Shown: one piece after another, positions 19,015 to 29,824 of the stretch
Numbering within the stretch: position 1 is the stretch's first letter
Layout of the letters: the number at the start of each line of letters is the position of its first letter
From: Oxalobacteraceae bacterium
GTDB lineage: Bacteria > Pseudomonadota > Gammaproteobacteria > Burkholderiales > Burkholderiaceae_D
Assembly: GCA_947445995.1 (NCBI GenBank)
Contig: CANFED010000001.1
Location: forward strand, 1-44,782
Length of the DNA stretch: 44,782 nt
Direction of reading: 5' to 3'
Notes under the pieces: generated by a model
Databases searched by the model: none
What the model saw: only the letters and a program-made list of their open reading frames with translations
Told to the model about the DNA's origin: nothing
Made by a program: the position numbers and the translations under genes

Positions 19015-20133
19015 TCAGATGATTTCAAGTTCGGCACGCAACGCGCCCGATGCTTTCATGGCTTGCAAGATCGCCAGCAAGTCTTGTGGCGTGGCACCGA
19101 TCGCATTGAGTGCCTTGACGACCTCGGCCAAGGACGGGCTGGCATTGAGCAACAGTACTTTGCCTGGCTCTTTGGTGATGCTGATTTGCGAGTTTTGTGC
19201 TGCTGCGGTCTGGCCGCCTGCCAGCGCATTCGGCTGGCTGATTGACGTATCCGTATTAATCACTACCGACAGGTTGCCGTGCGCGACCGCACAGGCATCC
19301 AGCGTTACTGCCTGGTTCATCACGATCGACCCGGTACGTGAGTTCAGGATAATCTTGGCACTGCCTTGTGCCGGCTTCAGTGTCAGGCTTTCGAGGGAAC
19401 CCAGAAAAGCAACCCGCTCGTCGGTACCCATAGGCGCATTGACCTTGATCACGCGACCATCCTGCGCCGCAGCAGTGTTCGGGCCGAAGCGTTTATTGAC
19501 TGCATCGACCACCAGACTGGCCGTCGAAAAATCGGATTCTTTCAACTCAAGAAAAATCGCATTGCCGTCTTGCAGACTGTTGGCCACCGAACGCTCGACC
19601 GTCGCACCGGCAGATATCCGGCCAACGCTAAGGTGATTGATCTGCGCTTTCGCGCCGGGTGCCGCAGCACCAACGCCTCCGACCACCAGGCTGCCCTGCC
19701 CCATCGCATAGATTTGACCATCGGCACCTTTGAGCGGCGTCAGCAGCAGCGTGCCTCCCCGCAAGCTCTTTGCATTTCCCATCGACGACACCGTGATATC
19801 GAGTGTCTGGCCGGGCCGGGCGAATGCCGGCAATGAGGTTGTGACCATCACTGCGGCGACATTTTTCAATTGCAGCGTGGTCGCCGCAGGCAAGTTGACA
19901 CCCATTCCCTGCAACATGCTGATCACGCTTTGCACCGTGAACGGCGTCTGCGTGGTCTGGTCACCGCTGCCATCGAGGCCGACCACCAACCCGTATCCGA
20001 GCAACTGATTCTGCCGCACGCCCTGAATGCTGGCGAGGTCCTTGAGGCGTTCGGCATGCACGGACGGTGCGCTGCACAGGCTGGCGATGCACGTCAGTGC
20101 AAGAAAAAATTTGGCCAGCAGTGTCGTCTTCAT
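19015..20133 (-). CDS. flgI: Flagellar P-ring protein FlgI
   Basis: NQLLGYGLVVGLDGSGD, KNVAAVMVT, SLRGGTLL. Confidence 0.98.
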   Translation of the reverse strand: MKTTLLAKFFLALTCIASLCSAPSVHAERLKDLASIQGVRQNQLLGYGLVVGLDGSGDQTTQTPFTVQSVISMLQGMGVNLPAATTLQLKNVAAVMVTTSLPAFARPGQTLDITVSSMGNAKSLRGGTLLLTPLKGADGQIYAMGQGSLVVGGVGAAAPGAKAQINHLSVGRISAGATVERSVANSLQDGNAIFLELKESDFSTASLVVDAVNKRFGPNTAAAQDGRVIKVNAPMGTDERVAFLGSLESLTLKPAQGSAKIILNSRTGSIVMNQAVTLDACAVAHGNLSVVINTDTSISQPNALAGGQTAAAQNSQISITKEPGKVLLLNASPSLAEVVKALNAIGATPQDLLAILQAMKASGALRAELEII

Positions 20134-20143
20134 GATGATCCTT

Positions 20144-20815
20144 TTAGAGCGGAATGACGCTCAGGAAAAAGCGGGTCAGTAGCCCCATCATCTCGGCCGG
20201 ATCGATGTGGGTATTGGTGCGGTACTCGACGCGGGCATCGGCAACCTGAGTCGAGGCGACATTGTTGCCGCCGACAATGAAGTCAGGATTGACAACGCCG
20301 GAGAAGCGGATGAATTCGGTGCCACGGTCGAGGCCGACTTGCTTCTCGCCGCTGACCACCAGATAGCCGTTCGCCAGCACGTCAACAACGGTCACGCCAA
20401 TGGTTCCGTTGAAGTTGTTGTTGGAAGTGGCCGCACCCTTGTCGTCGAATTTGTTGCCGCCATTCGCATTCAAGGATAGTTGGTCGGTGGTCGTGCTCGG
20501 TACGCCAAACAGCTTGGGCACGGCCAGACTGGCACTGCCGGTCTTGCTCGACGAAGCCGCGCCGGCCTTGCCGGCAGTGGTTCGCTCATTGATCGTGATG
20601 GTCAGCGTGTCACCGACCATGCGTGCACGGCGATCTTCGAACAGAGGGCGAAAGGCCGCCGTCTGGAAAATCGCACCGTTGCTGCTGGCCAGTGGTAATG
20701 GTTTCGGCGCGACCGGTATGGCTGGCCGCTGCACGATGGTGGTCGGTGCCACTGCGCACCCACTGAACACGCTGACCAGCATCAGGACGGAAGATAAACG
20801 CATCATCAAACTCAT
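20144..20815 (-). CDS. flgH: Flagellar L-ring lipoprotein FlgH
   Basis: Lipobox FSGC, LFEDRRARMVGD, STQVADARVEY. Confidence 0.97.
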   Translation of the reverse strand: MSLMMRLSSVLMLVSVFSGCAVAPTTIVQRPAIPVAPKPLPLASSNGAIFQTAAFRPLFEDRRARMVGDTLTITINERTTAGKAGAASSSKTGSASLAVPKLFGVPSTTTDQLSLNANGGNKFDDKGAATSNNNFNGTIGVTVVDVLANGYLVVSGEKQVGLDRGTEFIRFSGVVNPDFIVGGNNVASTQVADARVEYRTNTHIDPAEMMGLLTRFFLSVIPL

Positions 20816-20840
20816 TTTGTGCTCCTGTCAGTCGGCGTTA

Positions 20841-21623
20841 TCAAAGCTGCGACAACTTGGCCAGCATCTGGTCGGAAGTCGAGATCGCCTTACTGTTGAT
20901 TTCATAGGCGCGCTGGGTCTGGATCATGTTGACCAGCTCTTCGACCACGCTCACATTCGAGGTTTCGACGTAGCCTTGCGACAGGATGCCGGCACCGTTG
21001 GTACCCGGCGTGTTGGTGTTGGCGGTGCCGGACGCGCCGGTCTCGACGTAGAGGTTTTCACCTTTGCTTTCAAGCCCGGCCGGATTGATGAAGGTGGCCA
21101 GTTGCAGTGCGCCGATCTGGGTCGCCGCAGCGGTTCCTTGCAGCGTGATCGAGATGGTGCCATCGCGCCCGACCGTCAGTGACTGCGCCGCAGCCGGAAT
21201 CGTGATGGCCGGCTGGATCACGAAGCCGCTCGACGTCACCATCTGACCCTGACTGTCGATCTGAAACGAACCATCGCGTGTGTAGGCGGTGGTGCCATCA
21301 GGCAGCAACACCTGGAAAAATCCCTGACCCTGGATGGCGATATCCTTGTCATTGCTGGTTTGCTGCAGGTTACCCTGCGTAAAAATCCGTTCGGTGGCGA
21401 CCGGCCGCACGCCCGTTCCGAGCTGCAGGCCCGATGGCAACTGGGTCTGCTGCGACGACTGCGCACCTGGCTGACGCAGGGTCTGGTAGAGCAAGTCTTC
21501 GAACACCGCGCGGGAACGCTTGAAGCCACTGGTACTGACGTTGGCAAGGTTGTTCGAAATGACGTCCATCTGCGTCTGTTGCGCCTCCAGGCCCGTCTTG
21601 GAAATCCACAGTGAACGTATCAT
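20841..21623 (-). CDS. flgG: Distal rod protein FlgG
   Basis: 260 aa; [32 protein letters not shown]. Confidence 0.98.
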   Translation of the reverse strand: MIRSLWISKTGLEAQQTQMDVISNNLANVSTSGFKRSRAVFEDLLYQTLRQPGAQSSQQTQLPSGLQLGTGVRPVATERIFTQGNLQQTSNDKDIAIQGQGFFQVLLPDGTTAYTRDGSFQIDSQGQMVTSSGFVIQPAITIPAAAQSLTVGRDGTISITLQGTAAATQIGALQLATFINPAGLESKGENLYVETGASGTANTNTPGTNGAGILSQGYVETSNVSVVEELVNMIQTQRAYEINSKAISTSDQMLAKLSQL

Positions 21624-21778
21624 TTTCTTGCTCCAGGAAAGCAGTCATTACGGGAACCGATGCCGGTGACGGCATGCGGTCAGTCAACACATTGTGCGGG
21701 AGGGAGAACAGAATTGATGCGGGGAGATGGAACAGTTTTCGGGGCTTGATCGCGCTTTGCCGCGCTGCCCCGTTCCGA

Positions 21779-22516
21779 TTAAAACGCCAGTATCTGTGAA
21801 GCTTTGGTCGAGTTGGTTTCTGCATTTTTGAGCAAGCTCATATGCATCTCGAACTGGCGCGACAGGCTGATCATGTTGACCATTGCATCGACCACGCTGA
21901 CATTACTGCTTTCCAGCGCGCCACTGACCAGCGATACGAGCGGGTCGGCTTCGACACCATCGGGATTCTTGACCCGGAACAGCGTGTCGTCGCCACGAGT
22001 CATGGTCTCCTCGGGCGGATTGACCAGCTTGATGCGACCAATGATCACGGCCTGGCCCGGCTTGGAGCCGGACTCGACCGATGACACCGTGCCATCTTTG
22101 GCGATTGTCACGTTGACGTCAGGCGGGATCGTGATCGGACCGCCGTCGCCAACAATATTGAATCCGCCTTGCGTTTGCAGCACGCCATTTTCATTGACCT
22201 TCAGGCTGCCGTGACGGGTGTACGCTTCCGTTCCGTCCGGCATCTCGACAGCCAGCCAGCCCTTGCCCTGAATCGCGACGTCCAGCGCACGGCCGGTCTC
22301 CTGGAATGCCCCCTGCGAATAATCGGTGCCGGCAGTCGAATCGACCACAAACGCCCGCGTAGCCAACCCCGGCCCCTGCACTGGCACTGCCCGGAACGTA
22401 TCGAGCTGGGCCCGGAATCCGGTCGTCGTCGCGTTGGCGAGGTTATTGGCAGTGGTGCTTTGCTGCTCCATCACATGTTTGGCACCGGTCATCGCGGTGT
22501 AAATCATCCGGTCCAT
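21779..22516 (-). CDS. flgF: Proximal rod protein FlgF
   Basis: MDRMIYTAMTGA, ANNLAN, LESSNVSVV. Confidence 0.96.
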   Translation of the reverse strand: MDRMIYTAMTGAKHVMEQQSTTANNLANATTTGFRAQLDTFRAVPVQGPGLATRAFVVDSTAGTDYSQGAFQETGRALDVAIQGKGWLAVEMPDGTEAYTRHGSLKVNENGVLQTQGGFNIVGDGGPITIPPDVNVTIAKDGTVSSVESGSKPGQAVIIGRIKLVNPPEETMTRGDDTLFRVKNPDGVEADPLVSLVSGALESSNVSVVDAMVNMISLSRQFEMHMSLLKNAETNSTKASQILAF

Positions 22517-22556
22517 TTAATGCTCCCTCGGGTCGCCAATACTAGTCGACGGGTTA

Positions 22557-23780
22557 TTAACGCAAGTTGACCAGGGTCTGCAGAACCTGATCCTGAGTCT
22601 TGATGGTTTGCGCGTTGGCCTGATAAAAACGCTGGGCTGTAATCATATTGACCAGTTCAGCGGTCAGATCGACGTTCGAATCCTCGACCGCCGACGATTG
22701 CAGCACGCCGAGATTGCCGGAATTCGGCGTACCCACCAGTGGCCCACCGGAAGCGGCTGTCTCGGTCCAGACATTGTTGCCAAGATTTTGCAACCCGTTC
22801 GGATTCGTAAAGTTCGACATCACGACCTGTCCCAGCGTGGCTGACTTGCCGTTCGTGTAGCGACCGGTGATGACACCGTCGGCACCGGTGGCAAAGCCGG
22901 ACAGCTTGCCTGAGGTGTAGCCATCCTGGCTCTGGGTATTGAGGCCAAAGGTCGATCCGAATTGGGTCGTGCCGGTGAAATCAAATTTAAACGCCAGCGA
23001 ACCGGCACCCGGTGTCGTTGCCGGGGTAACCACTGCGTTAAATGGCTGTACAGCCGTCAGGCCGCCATCGGTATTGAAGGTGAGCGTGCCGATTTTCGGC
23101 GTGACCAGCGGATTCCCATCGGCGGTGCCATACACGTCCCAGGTACCGGACAAGGTCTGCGACTTCACAAAATACGATTGCAGCACATGCGAATTGCCCA
23201 GCGAATCGAACACCGACACGGACGTCGAGCGGTTGTAACTGGTCGGGTCAGTCGCGCTGAAAGTGGTGGTGGCGGGACTCTTCTCGCGTGAATCGAGATT
23301 GACCAGCAGATTGACTGCAGTGGTTGTTTTTGGTGCCAGGTCGGCTGTATTAATAACCAGGTTCGTTGGTGTTCCGGTCGCCAGAACGCCAGTTGCGTTG
23401 ACCGCAAACCCGGTCAGGTGAGCACCTTTCGAATTGACAATCCCGCCATCCTTGTCGAGCTGGAACTGGCCGTTACGGCTGTAGGTGATCGCTCCGCCGC
23501 TGCTGAGCCGAAAAAACCCGCCGCCGTTGATAGCGAGGTCGAGCGGATTATTCGACGCGGTCACATTCCCTTGGGTAAATTGCTGCGCCACCGTTGCCAC
23601 GCTGGTGCCGATGCCAACCTGTGATGCACCACCGCCTGTCAGCGAGCTGGCGTACACGTCGGCGAACTGGGCTTGCGCGCTCTTGAAACCGACGGTACTG
23701 GAATTGGCCACGTTATTGCCGGTGACTTCGAGACTTTTGGAGGCGGCATTGAGTCCGCTCAAACCTTGCTGAAAACCCAT
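22557..23780 (-). CDS. flgE: Hook protein FlgE
   Basis: GLSGLNAAS, GNNVANSSTVGFK, SNVDLTAELVNMITAQR. Confidence 0.97.
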   Translation of the reverse strand: MGFQQGLSGLNAASKSLEVTGNNVANSSTVGFKSAQAQFADVYASSLTGGGASQVGIGTSVATVAQQFTQGNVTASNNPLDLAINGGGFFRLSSGGAITYSRNGQFQLDKDGGIVNSKGAHLTGFAVNATGVLATGTPTNLVINTADLAPKTTTAVNLLVNLDSREKSPATTTFSATDPTSYNRSTSVSVFDSLGNSHVLQSYFVKSQTLSGTWDVYGTADGNPLVTPKIGTLTFNTDGGLTAVQPFNAVVTPATTPGAGSLAFKFDFTGTTQFGSTFGLNTQSQDGYTSGKLSGFATGADGVITGRYTNGKSATLGQVVMSNFTNPNGLQNLGNNVWTETAASGGPLVGTPNSGNLGVLQSSAVEDSNVDLTAELVNMITAQRFYQANAQTIKTQDQVLQTLVNLR

Positions 23781-23813
23781 GATGTACTCCCTGGAAGAGG
23801 ATTGAACGGCTGA

Positions 23814-24482
23814 TTAAAGGATTTGGCGCACGTCTGCCATGCCAATCGCACCGAGGTTGGTGACATTGAGCTTGACGCCGGTGGTGCTGGTCGACACGCT
23901 CGACACCTGCCCAAACCCGAGCGCGGTGGCGCTCACCGAAGTGGCCCCTGCCGTTGCCGCGACATCAAAGGTATAAGCACCATCGGCTGCCTTGCTGCCG
24001 TCGTCTTTCACGCCATCCCAGGTCAGTGCCAGCGTACCGGCATCTTTGGCACCGAGATCCATCGTGTGTACCGCCACACCATTGACATCCCGGATCGTGA
24101 CCTTGACTTTCTCAGCCGAGGCCGCGAGGTCGACACCAAAGATGGACGTGCTGGATGCCAGGGCAAGCTGCTTGCCGGGGGCCAGAACGCCATGACCGAT
24201 CATGCCGGCTGCCTGCACTGCATTACCGGATTGCTGGCTGGCGATCATTGATTCAAGCGTGGTGTTCATCTTGTCGATGCCACTGACCGTCGACAACTGG
24301 GCTAACTGGCTGGTGACCTGCGCGTTGTCGAGCGGATTGAGCGGGTCCTGGTTCTTCATCTGCGTGACCAGCAGTTTCATGAACCGGTCCTGCGTCGCAT
24401 TGGCGTTAGCGGCAGCGGTCGTGGCCGGATTCATGGTGGCCAGCAAGGCAGGTGAAGCGACGTTGTTAGTGATGGCAGTCAT
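23814..24482 (-). CDS. flgD: Hook cap protein FlgD
   Basis: FMKLLVTQMKNQDPLNP. Confidence 0.97.
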   Translation of the reverse strand: MTAITNNVASPALLATMNPATTAAANANATQDRFMKLLVTQMKNQDPLNPLDNAQVTSQLAQLSTVSGIDKMNTTLESMIASQQSGNAVQAAGMIGHGVLAPGKQLALASSTSIFGVDLAASAEKVKVTIRDVNGVAVHTMDLGAKDAGTLALTWDGVKDDGSKAADGAYTFDVAATAGATSVSATALGFGQVSSVSTSTTGVKLNVTNLGAIGMADVRQIL

Positions 24483-24500
24483 CGGAATTTTCCTGGAAGA

Positions 24501-24908
24501 TTACTGACCAATGGTCAGGGTTTTCAGCAGCAGTGTCTTGGCTGCGTTCATTGTTTCGACATTTGTCTGGTACGAGCGTGAAGCCGAGATCATGTTGACC
24601 ATTTCTTCGACCACATTCACGTTGGGCATCGATACGTACCCTTTTTCGTCAGCCTGTGGATGTTTCGGGTCGTACACCATGCGCGGCGCGGCCGTGTCTT
24701 CAAGTACCTTGTCGACCTTGACACCGCTGGCGGCCGCGTCGCCACCGACCGGCACAGCCTTGAAAACAACCTGCTTGGCCTTGTAGACTTCTCCGTTCGT
24801 GCTGGTGGTGCTGTCCGCGTTGGCGATATTGGACGCGACCACGTTGAGTCGCTGGGACTGCGCACTCATCGCCGATCCGGCCACGTTGAAAATATTGAAC
24901 AATGACAT
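24501..24908 (-). CDS. flgC: Rod protein FlgC
   Basis: [27 protein letters not shown]. Confidence 0.98.
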   Translation of the reverse strand: MSLFNIFNVAGSAMSAQSQRLNVVASNIANADSTTSTNGEVYKAKQVVFKAVPVGGDAAASGVKVDKVLEDTAAPRMVYDPKHPQADEKGYVSMPNVNVVEEMVNMISASRSYQTNVETMNAAKTLLLKTLTIGQ

Positions 24909-24913
24909 GACCG

Positions 24914-25360
24914 TTATCCTTGTATGGCGCTCAGCATGCTCTTGATCTGGCCGCTGATCATCGTGATGCCAGCCTCGTAGCGGATCGCGTTATCGGCAAA
25001 CTGGTTGCGCTCGACGTCCATGTCGACCGTATTGCCATCGACGGCACCTTGCTGAATATTTCTATATAACAAAGGTACGCCGTTCACGCCGCTACTGCCT
25101 CCATTGACGGCCTTGGCGGATAAGTGCGTCGTCGAAGTGCGCGCCAGTTCGGCGGGCTGCACTGCGGCTGTTTCGGGTCCGGTTGCGGGACCGCTGCGCG
25201 CCAGTGCCGATTTCATTGCACTATTGAAGTCAATGTCACGCGCCTTATAGTTAGGCGTATCGGCATTGGCAATGTTCGATGCAATCAATTGCTGGCGCTG
25301 ACCGCGCAAGCTCAGGGCGGTTTCATTGAAGCGCAGGTAGTCGTCCAGTTTTCCGATCAT
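24914..25360 (-). CDS. flgB: Rod protein FlgB
   Basis: [27 protein letters not shown]; ATG 25360 after GGAGA. Confidence 0.97.
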   Translation of the reverse strand: MIGKLDDYLRFNETALSLRGQRQQLIASNIANADTPNYKARDIDFNSAMKSALARSGPATGPETAAVQPAELARTSTTHLSAKAVNGGSSGVNGVPLLYRNIQQGAVDGNTVDMDVERNQFADNAIRYEAGITMISGQIKSMLSAIQG

Positions 25361-25531
25361 GACACTCTCCGTTATGCAGGCCGATTCGACAATGGTCTTT
25401 CGCAGATTTGATAATACGGAGGTCACAGCCGTACTGATCAGGCGATCAGATCAGGGAAATATGCTCTGTTTGGCGCTTGGCGCATGTTGCTGGCCGTTAC
25501 CATCAATGGTGTTCTCTTATCACTGACTGCC

Positions 25532-26224
25532 ATGAAAACCCTGCTTACTGCCCTTGCCTGCCTGTTGTCGCTGCCTGCTGCTGCCCAGATCAACGCGCCA
25601 CGTCAGGATCCCGGTGCTATTCGCAGCACGATAGAACAGTTCTTGCGTGTCCAGTCTGCTGCTTCGCCCGGCGAAGTCACGATCACCGTCGGCCAACTCG
25701 ATGCACGAATGAATCTGCCGGCCTGCCCGGCTCCCCAGGCATTTTTGCCTGCAGGTAGCCGGGTCTGGGGCAAGACCAGCGTCGGCGTGCGGTGCCTGGC
25801 TCCGTCGCCCTGGACTGTTTATGTGACGGCTCAAGTGAAGGTCATTGCCGAGTATGTCGCCAGTGCCGTGCCGCTGGCACAAGGCCAAGTCGTCGGTCCG
25901 AACGACGTGATGCGCATGAAAGGTGACCTGACCACATTGCCATCGGGTGTTCTTACGGATCCCTCGCAAGCCATCGGCCGTACGGCAGCGATGTCAGTCG
26001 GCATGGGCAGTCCGATGCGGGTAGACTCGCTCCGTACCGAGCGAGTCGTGCAACAGGGACAGGCTGTCAGGCTGGTATCGAGCGGACCGGGCTTTTCGGT
26101 CGCCACCGAAGGACGCGCGCTCAACAATGCAGCGGAAGGTCAGATCGCGCAGGCCCGCACGGCGGCAGGACAAGTTGTCAGCGGAGTGGCAAGGGCCGGC
26201 GGATACGTCGACGTGACCTATTGA
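25532..26224 (+). CDS. flgA: P-ring assembly chaperone FlgA
   Basis: Signal peptide, Cys pair, SAF domain, EGRALNNA; divergent from flgB. Confidence 0.95.
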   Translation: MKTLLTALACLLSLPAAAQINAPRQDPGAIRSTIEQFLRVQSAASPGEVTITVGQLDARMNLPACPAPQAFLPAGSRVWGKTSVGVRCLAPSPWTVYVTAQVKVIAEYVASAVPLAQGQVVGPNDVMRMKGDLTTLPSGVLTDPSQAIGRTAAMSVGMGSPMRVDSLRTERVVQQGQAVRLVSSGPGFSVATEGRALNNAAEGQIAQARTAAGQVVSGVARAGGYVDVTY

Positions 26225-26257
26225 TCATTTTTTTGTGGCCACCAGCAAATAAAACCC

Positions 26258-26284
26258 TCAAGTATTTTTTGCTTATGCCGTAAC
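26258..26284 (+). promoter_or_regulatory. Sigma-28 (FliA) promoter for flgMN
   Basis: TCAAGTAT-N11-GCCGTAAC upstream of flgM; same variant form as the flgK promoter. Confidence 0.8.
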
Positions 26285-26331
26285 AAGGTCATGACACGGG
26301 GTGATGTGCCCCGACCCACCAAGGAAACATC

Positions 26332-26631
26332 GTGAAAATTGATGACTCTTTCAATAAAACTGGCCCTGTAGGCGTCTCGTCGACACCTGCCAAGGCCAGT
26401 TCGAGCAAAGGCGCTGAGAAAGCCGAAGCAGTCAGTACTGCGTCGACATCAGACAGCGTAAAAATTTCAGCACAAGCGCAGGCACTGGGCGGCAGCAGTA
26501 CGTTCGACGTCAAGAAAGTCAATGAAATCAAGGCAGCTATTGCCAGCGGAACATTTCAGGTCAATCCTGAAAAAGTTGCCAACGGCTTGATCGATACCGT
26601 CAAGGATCTGCTGTCATCACGCAAGGGATAA
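26332..26631 (+). CDS. flgM: Anti-sigma-28 factor FlgM
   Basis: DSVKIS, FDVKKVNEIKAAIASGTFQVNPEKVA; GTG start. Confidence 0.95.
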   Translation: MKIDDSFNKTGPVGVSSTPAKASSSKGAEKAEAVSTASTSDSVKISAQAQALGGSSTFDVKKVNEIKAAIASGTFQVNPEKVANGLIDTVKDLLSSRKG

Positions 26632-26633
26632 TC

Positions 26634-27101
26634 ATGGTTACGCTCGCTTCCGGTCCATCTTCCAGCCTGACAGAGGAACAGCAAGTAACACGCCACTTGC
26701 TGCAACTGCTGCAACAGGAACAGGGGAAACTGATCGAAGCCAGCATAGTCGGACTACCTGAACTGATTCAAGCCAAAGCACTGGCAGTGACACAGCTGAC
26801 TACGCTGACCAAGGCGCGCCATGCGTTACTTGATGCGGCTGGCTTTGCCGCCAGCGAGAGCGGGATGCGCGATTGGATAGCCGCCCACCAACCGGCAAAT
26901 ACCGAATGGCTAGCGTTGCTGGCTTTGGGTGCCGAAGCGCGGGAAATGAATCGTATCAATGGCATGCTGATAGGCCGCCACATGATGCGCAATCAAACTG
27001 AACTCAATATCTTGCAAGGCAAGACCCAGCGCAACAACCTGTACGGTGCGGACGGTCAATCGACCGGCACCGGCAGGGGGCGCGGCCTGGCAATTGGATA
27101 A
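26634..27101 (+). CDS. flgN: Flagellar chaperone FlgN
   Basis: Follows flgM; AREMNRINGMLI, LYGADG. Confidence 0.93.
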   Translation: MVTLASGPSSSLTEEQQVTRHLLQLLQQEQGKLIEASIVGLPELIQAKALAVTQLTTLTKARHALLDAAGFAASESGMRDWIAAHQPANTEWLALLALGAEAREMNRINGMLIGRHMMRNQTELNILQGKTQRNNLYGADGQSTGTGRGRGLAIG

Positions 27102-27130
27102 AAAAACGATGCGCTGGACGCATCGTTTTT
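27101..27130. terminator. Bidirectional terminator between flgN and cytochrome c4
   Basis: AAAAAACGATGCG-ctgga-CGCATCGTTTTT between convergent genes. Confidence 0.9.
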
Positions 27131-27134
27131 CTGA

Positions 27135-27710
27135 TCAGTGCAAGTCAGCCAGGTAATGACCTAAATTAATGATGTCTTCCGCGTTCAGTGATTTCGACAC
27201 TGCGGACATGTTGCCTGCATCATTGGTTCGGTTATGTGCCTTGAAATCTGTCAATTGCTTGACCAGATAATCGTAATGCTGGCCACTCAATTTCGGAATC
27301 TCGTTCTGCCCTTTCATGCCACCTAGATGGCACATCGAACAGAGATTTTCTTCCGCTTTGATGAACCCCAACTTGACCCGCTCCGGGTCTGCCTTGAAAT
27401 CAATCAACACCGGCTTCTGGGCTGCAAAATAAGCAGCCAGATTTTGCATGTCTTCCTTTGACAGATTCGCTGCCATCGGTGACATCATCGGATTGGCGCG
27501 GGCACCCTCCTTGTAATCTCTCAATTGCAAATACAGATAACGTGCTGACTGTCCTGCCAGCACCGGGAACATCGATACCGTCGAATTACCGTTGGCACCG
27601 TGGCATGCCACGCATGCCTGTGCTTTTTCCTGACCCGCCGCGATATCAACTGCCTGTGCAGGCAATAGTACTGCGGCTAAAACTACCAACAATAACTGCT
27701 TTAATGTCAT
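27135..27710 (-). CDS. Diheme cytochrome c4-type periplasmic cytochrome
   Basis: Signal peptide; CVACH and CSMCH; PVLAGQ and PKLSGQ; Met ligand candidates MMSPM and GNMS. Confidence 0.93.
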   Translation of the reverse strand: MTLKQLLLVVLAAVLLPAQAVDIAAGQEKAQACVACHGANGNSTVSMFPVLAGQSARYLYLQLRDYKEGARANPMMSPMAANLSKEDMQNLAAYFAAQKPVLIDFKADPERVKLGFIKAEENLCSMCHLGGMKGQNEIPKLSGQHYDYLVKQLTDFKAHNRTNDAGNMSAVSKSLNAEDIINLGHYLADLH

Positions 27711-27730
27711 GGTGATTCCTGTCCAAAATA

Positions 27731-27760
27731 GAAAAGAGGCCGCGCTATGCGGCCTCTTTC
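27731..27760 (-). terminator. Stem-loop / terminator between the PQQ dehydrogenase and cytochrome genes
   Basis: 11-bp stem AAAGAGGCCGC-gctat-GCGGCCTCTTT followed by a U-rich tail on the minus strand. Confidence 0.7.
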
Positions 27761-27787
27761 ATTTACACCATTTACTGCTCAATCTGA

Positions 27788-29512
27788 TTACAGACCGAAC
27801 ACGAATACGCTATTGCCACGTTTGAAATCCATTTGCGAATTTCCACCAACAGCAACGGCAATGTACTGCTTGCCATTGATTGCGTAAGACACAGGCGGTG
27901 CATTGACACCAGCACCGCACTGGAAGCGCCACAACACCTTGCCGGTCTTGGCATCGTAGGCGTTGAACCAACCATTGCCTTCACCGGCAAACACCAGATT
28001 GCCTGCTGTCGCCAGAGCGCCACCGATCATTGGCTGCGGTGTCTTGGTTTGCCATGCGATCTTGCCAGTATCAATGTTGACGGCAGTCACGTTGCCCCAT
28101 TGCTCTTCACCGACCGCATTTTTGAACGCGCCACCCAGCCACAGTTTGCCGTTCGGATACTTTGATTCTTCAACGTGGTACGTCATTGGCTGATGCAGGT
28201 TCAAGGCATACGACATGCGGTTGCTGGCGCTATAAGCCATTGGCGACCATTCGACACCACCATTGGCACCAGGCAGCATGCGTGCACCGGTAGCGGTAGG
28301 CAAGACCCACATATTTTCTTGAGGAACCATGGCTTCCGAGAAACGGATCAGTTCGCCATTGCTACGGTCATGCACATACACATGGCCGGTTTTTCCACCG
28401 TGAATGACACCTGGAATCATCTTGCCGTTCTTGTCCTTGACGTCCACGAGAACCGGTGGGCTCACTGCATCGAGGTCCCAGACATCATGGGCAATGTACT
28501 GGTAATGCCATTTATATTTACCGGTATCCAGATCGATAGCGACCATCGAGTCGGTGTACAGGTTGTCACCCGGACGCTCCGCACCATACAAATCCGGTGA
28601 CGGATTGCCGACCACGAAAAACACGGTCTTGGTAGCGCGATCGATTGATGGAGCCATCCAGACGCCGCCACCGAGGGTGTTGTAGAAGTCGGATTTTTTG
28701 GCGAACGCGGCTTTTTCTGCCGGGATATCGCGATGCATGTCGCGACCGGTTGCATCTGTCGTGGCCCAGACACCTTCATGGCCTTTTTCGGGGATCGTAT
28801 TGAAGGTCCAGACCAGCTTGCCCGTCTCGGCGTCGAACGCTTTGACGAAGCCACGGATACCATATTCGCCACCGTTGGTACCAATCAGAACCTTGCCGTC
28901 GACGACGACGGGTGCCATTGTTTCGCTGTAGCCTTTTTCCGGATCAGCGATTTCGGTTTCCCACAACATTTTTCCGGTCTTGGCATCCAGCGCCACCATC
29001 TTGGCATCCAGTGTTCCCATAAAGACCTTGCCACCGGAAACTGCCACACCCTTGTTGTTCGGGCCGCAGCAGAACGTCGTTACCGGACCCATCTTGTGTT
29101 TGAAGTGCCAATACTCAACGCCAGTGATGGCATCGATTGCGTACACGTGATTGTAGGAAGTGGTCAGGAACATGACGCCATTGACAACCACCGGCGCAGT
29201 TTCCATCGATTCGACAACAGCCGTCTGGAAGACAAATTTCGGCTTCAGCGTAGCAACGTTCTTTGTATTGATCTGGGCCGACGGATAGAACCGGGTCTGA
29301 CCATAGTCGCCGTTCGTTTGCAACCAGTTGCTGGTGTCTTTGGCAGCACCGTCAAGCATGGCCTGGGTAACTGGGCCAAGTGCTTTCGACATTGCAGGTG
29401 CCTTGATGCCAGCACCACCCTGGATTTCTTGCGCCACGCCGGCACTGCTAACTGCCAGTGTGACTGCTGCCACTGCCAGATGGCCCATCAGTTGATAGCC
29501 TTTGATTCCCAT
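27788..29512 (-). CDS. Periplasmic PQQ-dependent alcohol-type dehydrogenase with lanthanide-type active site
   Basis: Beta-propeller W motifs ([11 protein letters not shown] etc.), vicinal [22 protein letters not shown]; ATG 29512 after GGAGAG; signal peptide. Confidence 0.92.
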   Translation of the reverse strand: MGIKGYQLMGHLAVAAVTLAVSSAGVAQEIQGGAGIKAPAMSKALGPVTQAMLDGAAKDTSNWLQTNGDYGQTRFYPSAQINTKNVATLKPKFVFQTAVVESMETAPVVVNGVMFLTTSYNHVYAIDAITGVEYWHFKHKMGPVTTFCCGPNNKGVAVSGGKVFMGTLDAKMVALDAKTGKMLWETEIADPEKGYSETMAPVVVDGKVLIGTNGGEYGIRGFVKAFDAETGKLVWTFNTIPEKGHEGVWATTDATGRDMHRDIPAEKAAFAKKSDFYNTLGGGVWMAPSIDRATKTVFFVVGNPSPDLYGAERPGDNLYTDSMVAIDLDTGKYKWHYQYIAHDVWDLDAVSPPVLVDVKDKNGKMIPGVIHGGKTGHVYVHDRSNGELIRFSEAMVPQENMWVLPTATGARMLPGANGGVEWSPMAYSASNRMSYALNLHQPMTYHVEESKYPNGKLWLGGAFKNAVGEEQWGNVTAVNIDTGKIAWQTKTPQPMIGGALATAGNLVFAGEGNGWFNAYDAKTGKVLWRFQCGAGVNAPPVSYAINGKQYIAVAVGGNSQMDFKRGNSVFVFGL

Positions 29513-29824
29513 TATCTCTCTCCGTGGACGACCGCCTTTGGCGGCCAATTGATATTGTTTGTGTTTTTATTCGCCTCATCCCAGGAACCGGCAGACAGGC
29601 TTGCTTTTACAAAGTTCCCCACTCATTTGCAAACCAACGAATAGTATCCTGTTGGAATAGATTTGCAATATCGGAATTAAAAAATTTACCTCTTACGAAT
29701 TGCAGCATCCTGCATGTAACCTGACACGGGAGAAAAAAATTTCCTTGAAACCGTCCATGCTGGCGAAACCGATATCGGCACCACAGAACCACAACTAATC
29801 GCAGAAACTTACCCGGAATAAATC

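Noticed and set aside
27788-29512. Naming the dehydrogenase xoxF, exaF or mxaF
   Set aside because: Active-site flanks and partner genes do not match those clades; needs a phylogeny
29588-29606. Sigma-54 promoter (CCGGCA...TTGC) in the dehydrogenase/ankyrin gap
   Set aside because: GG to GC spacing is 11 nt rather than the required 10
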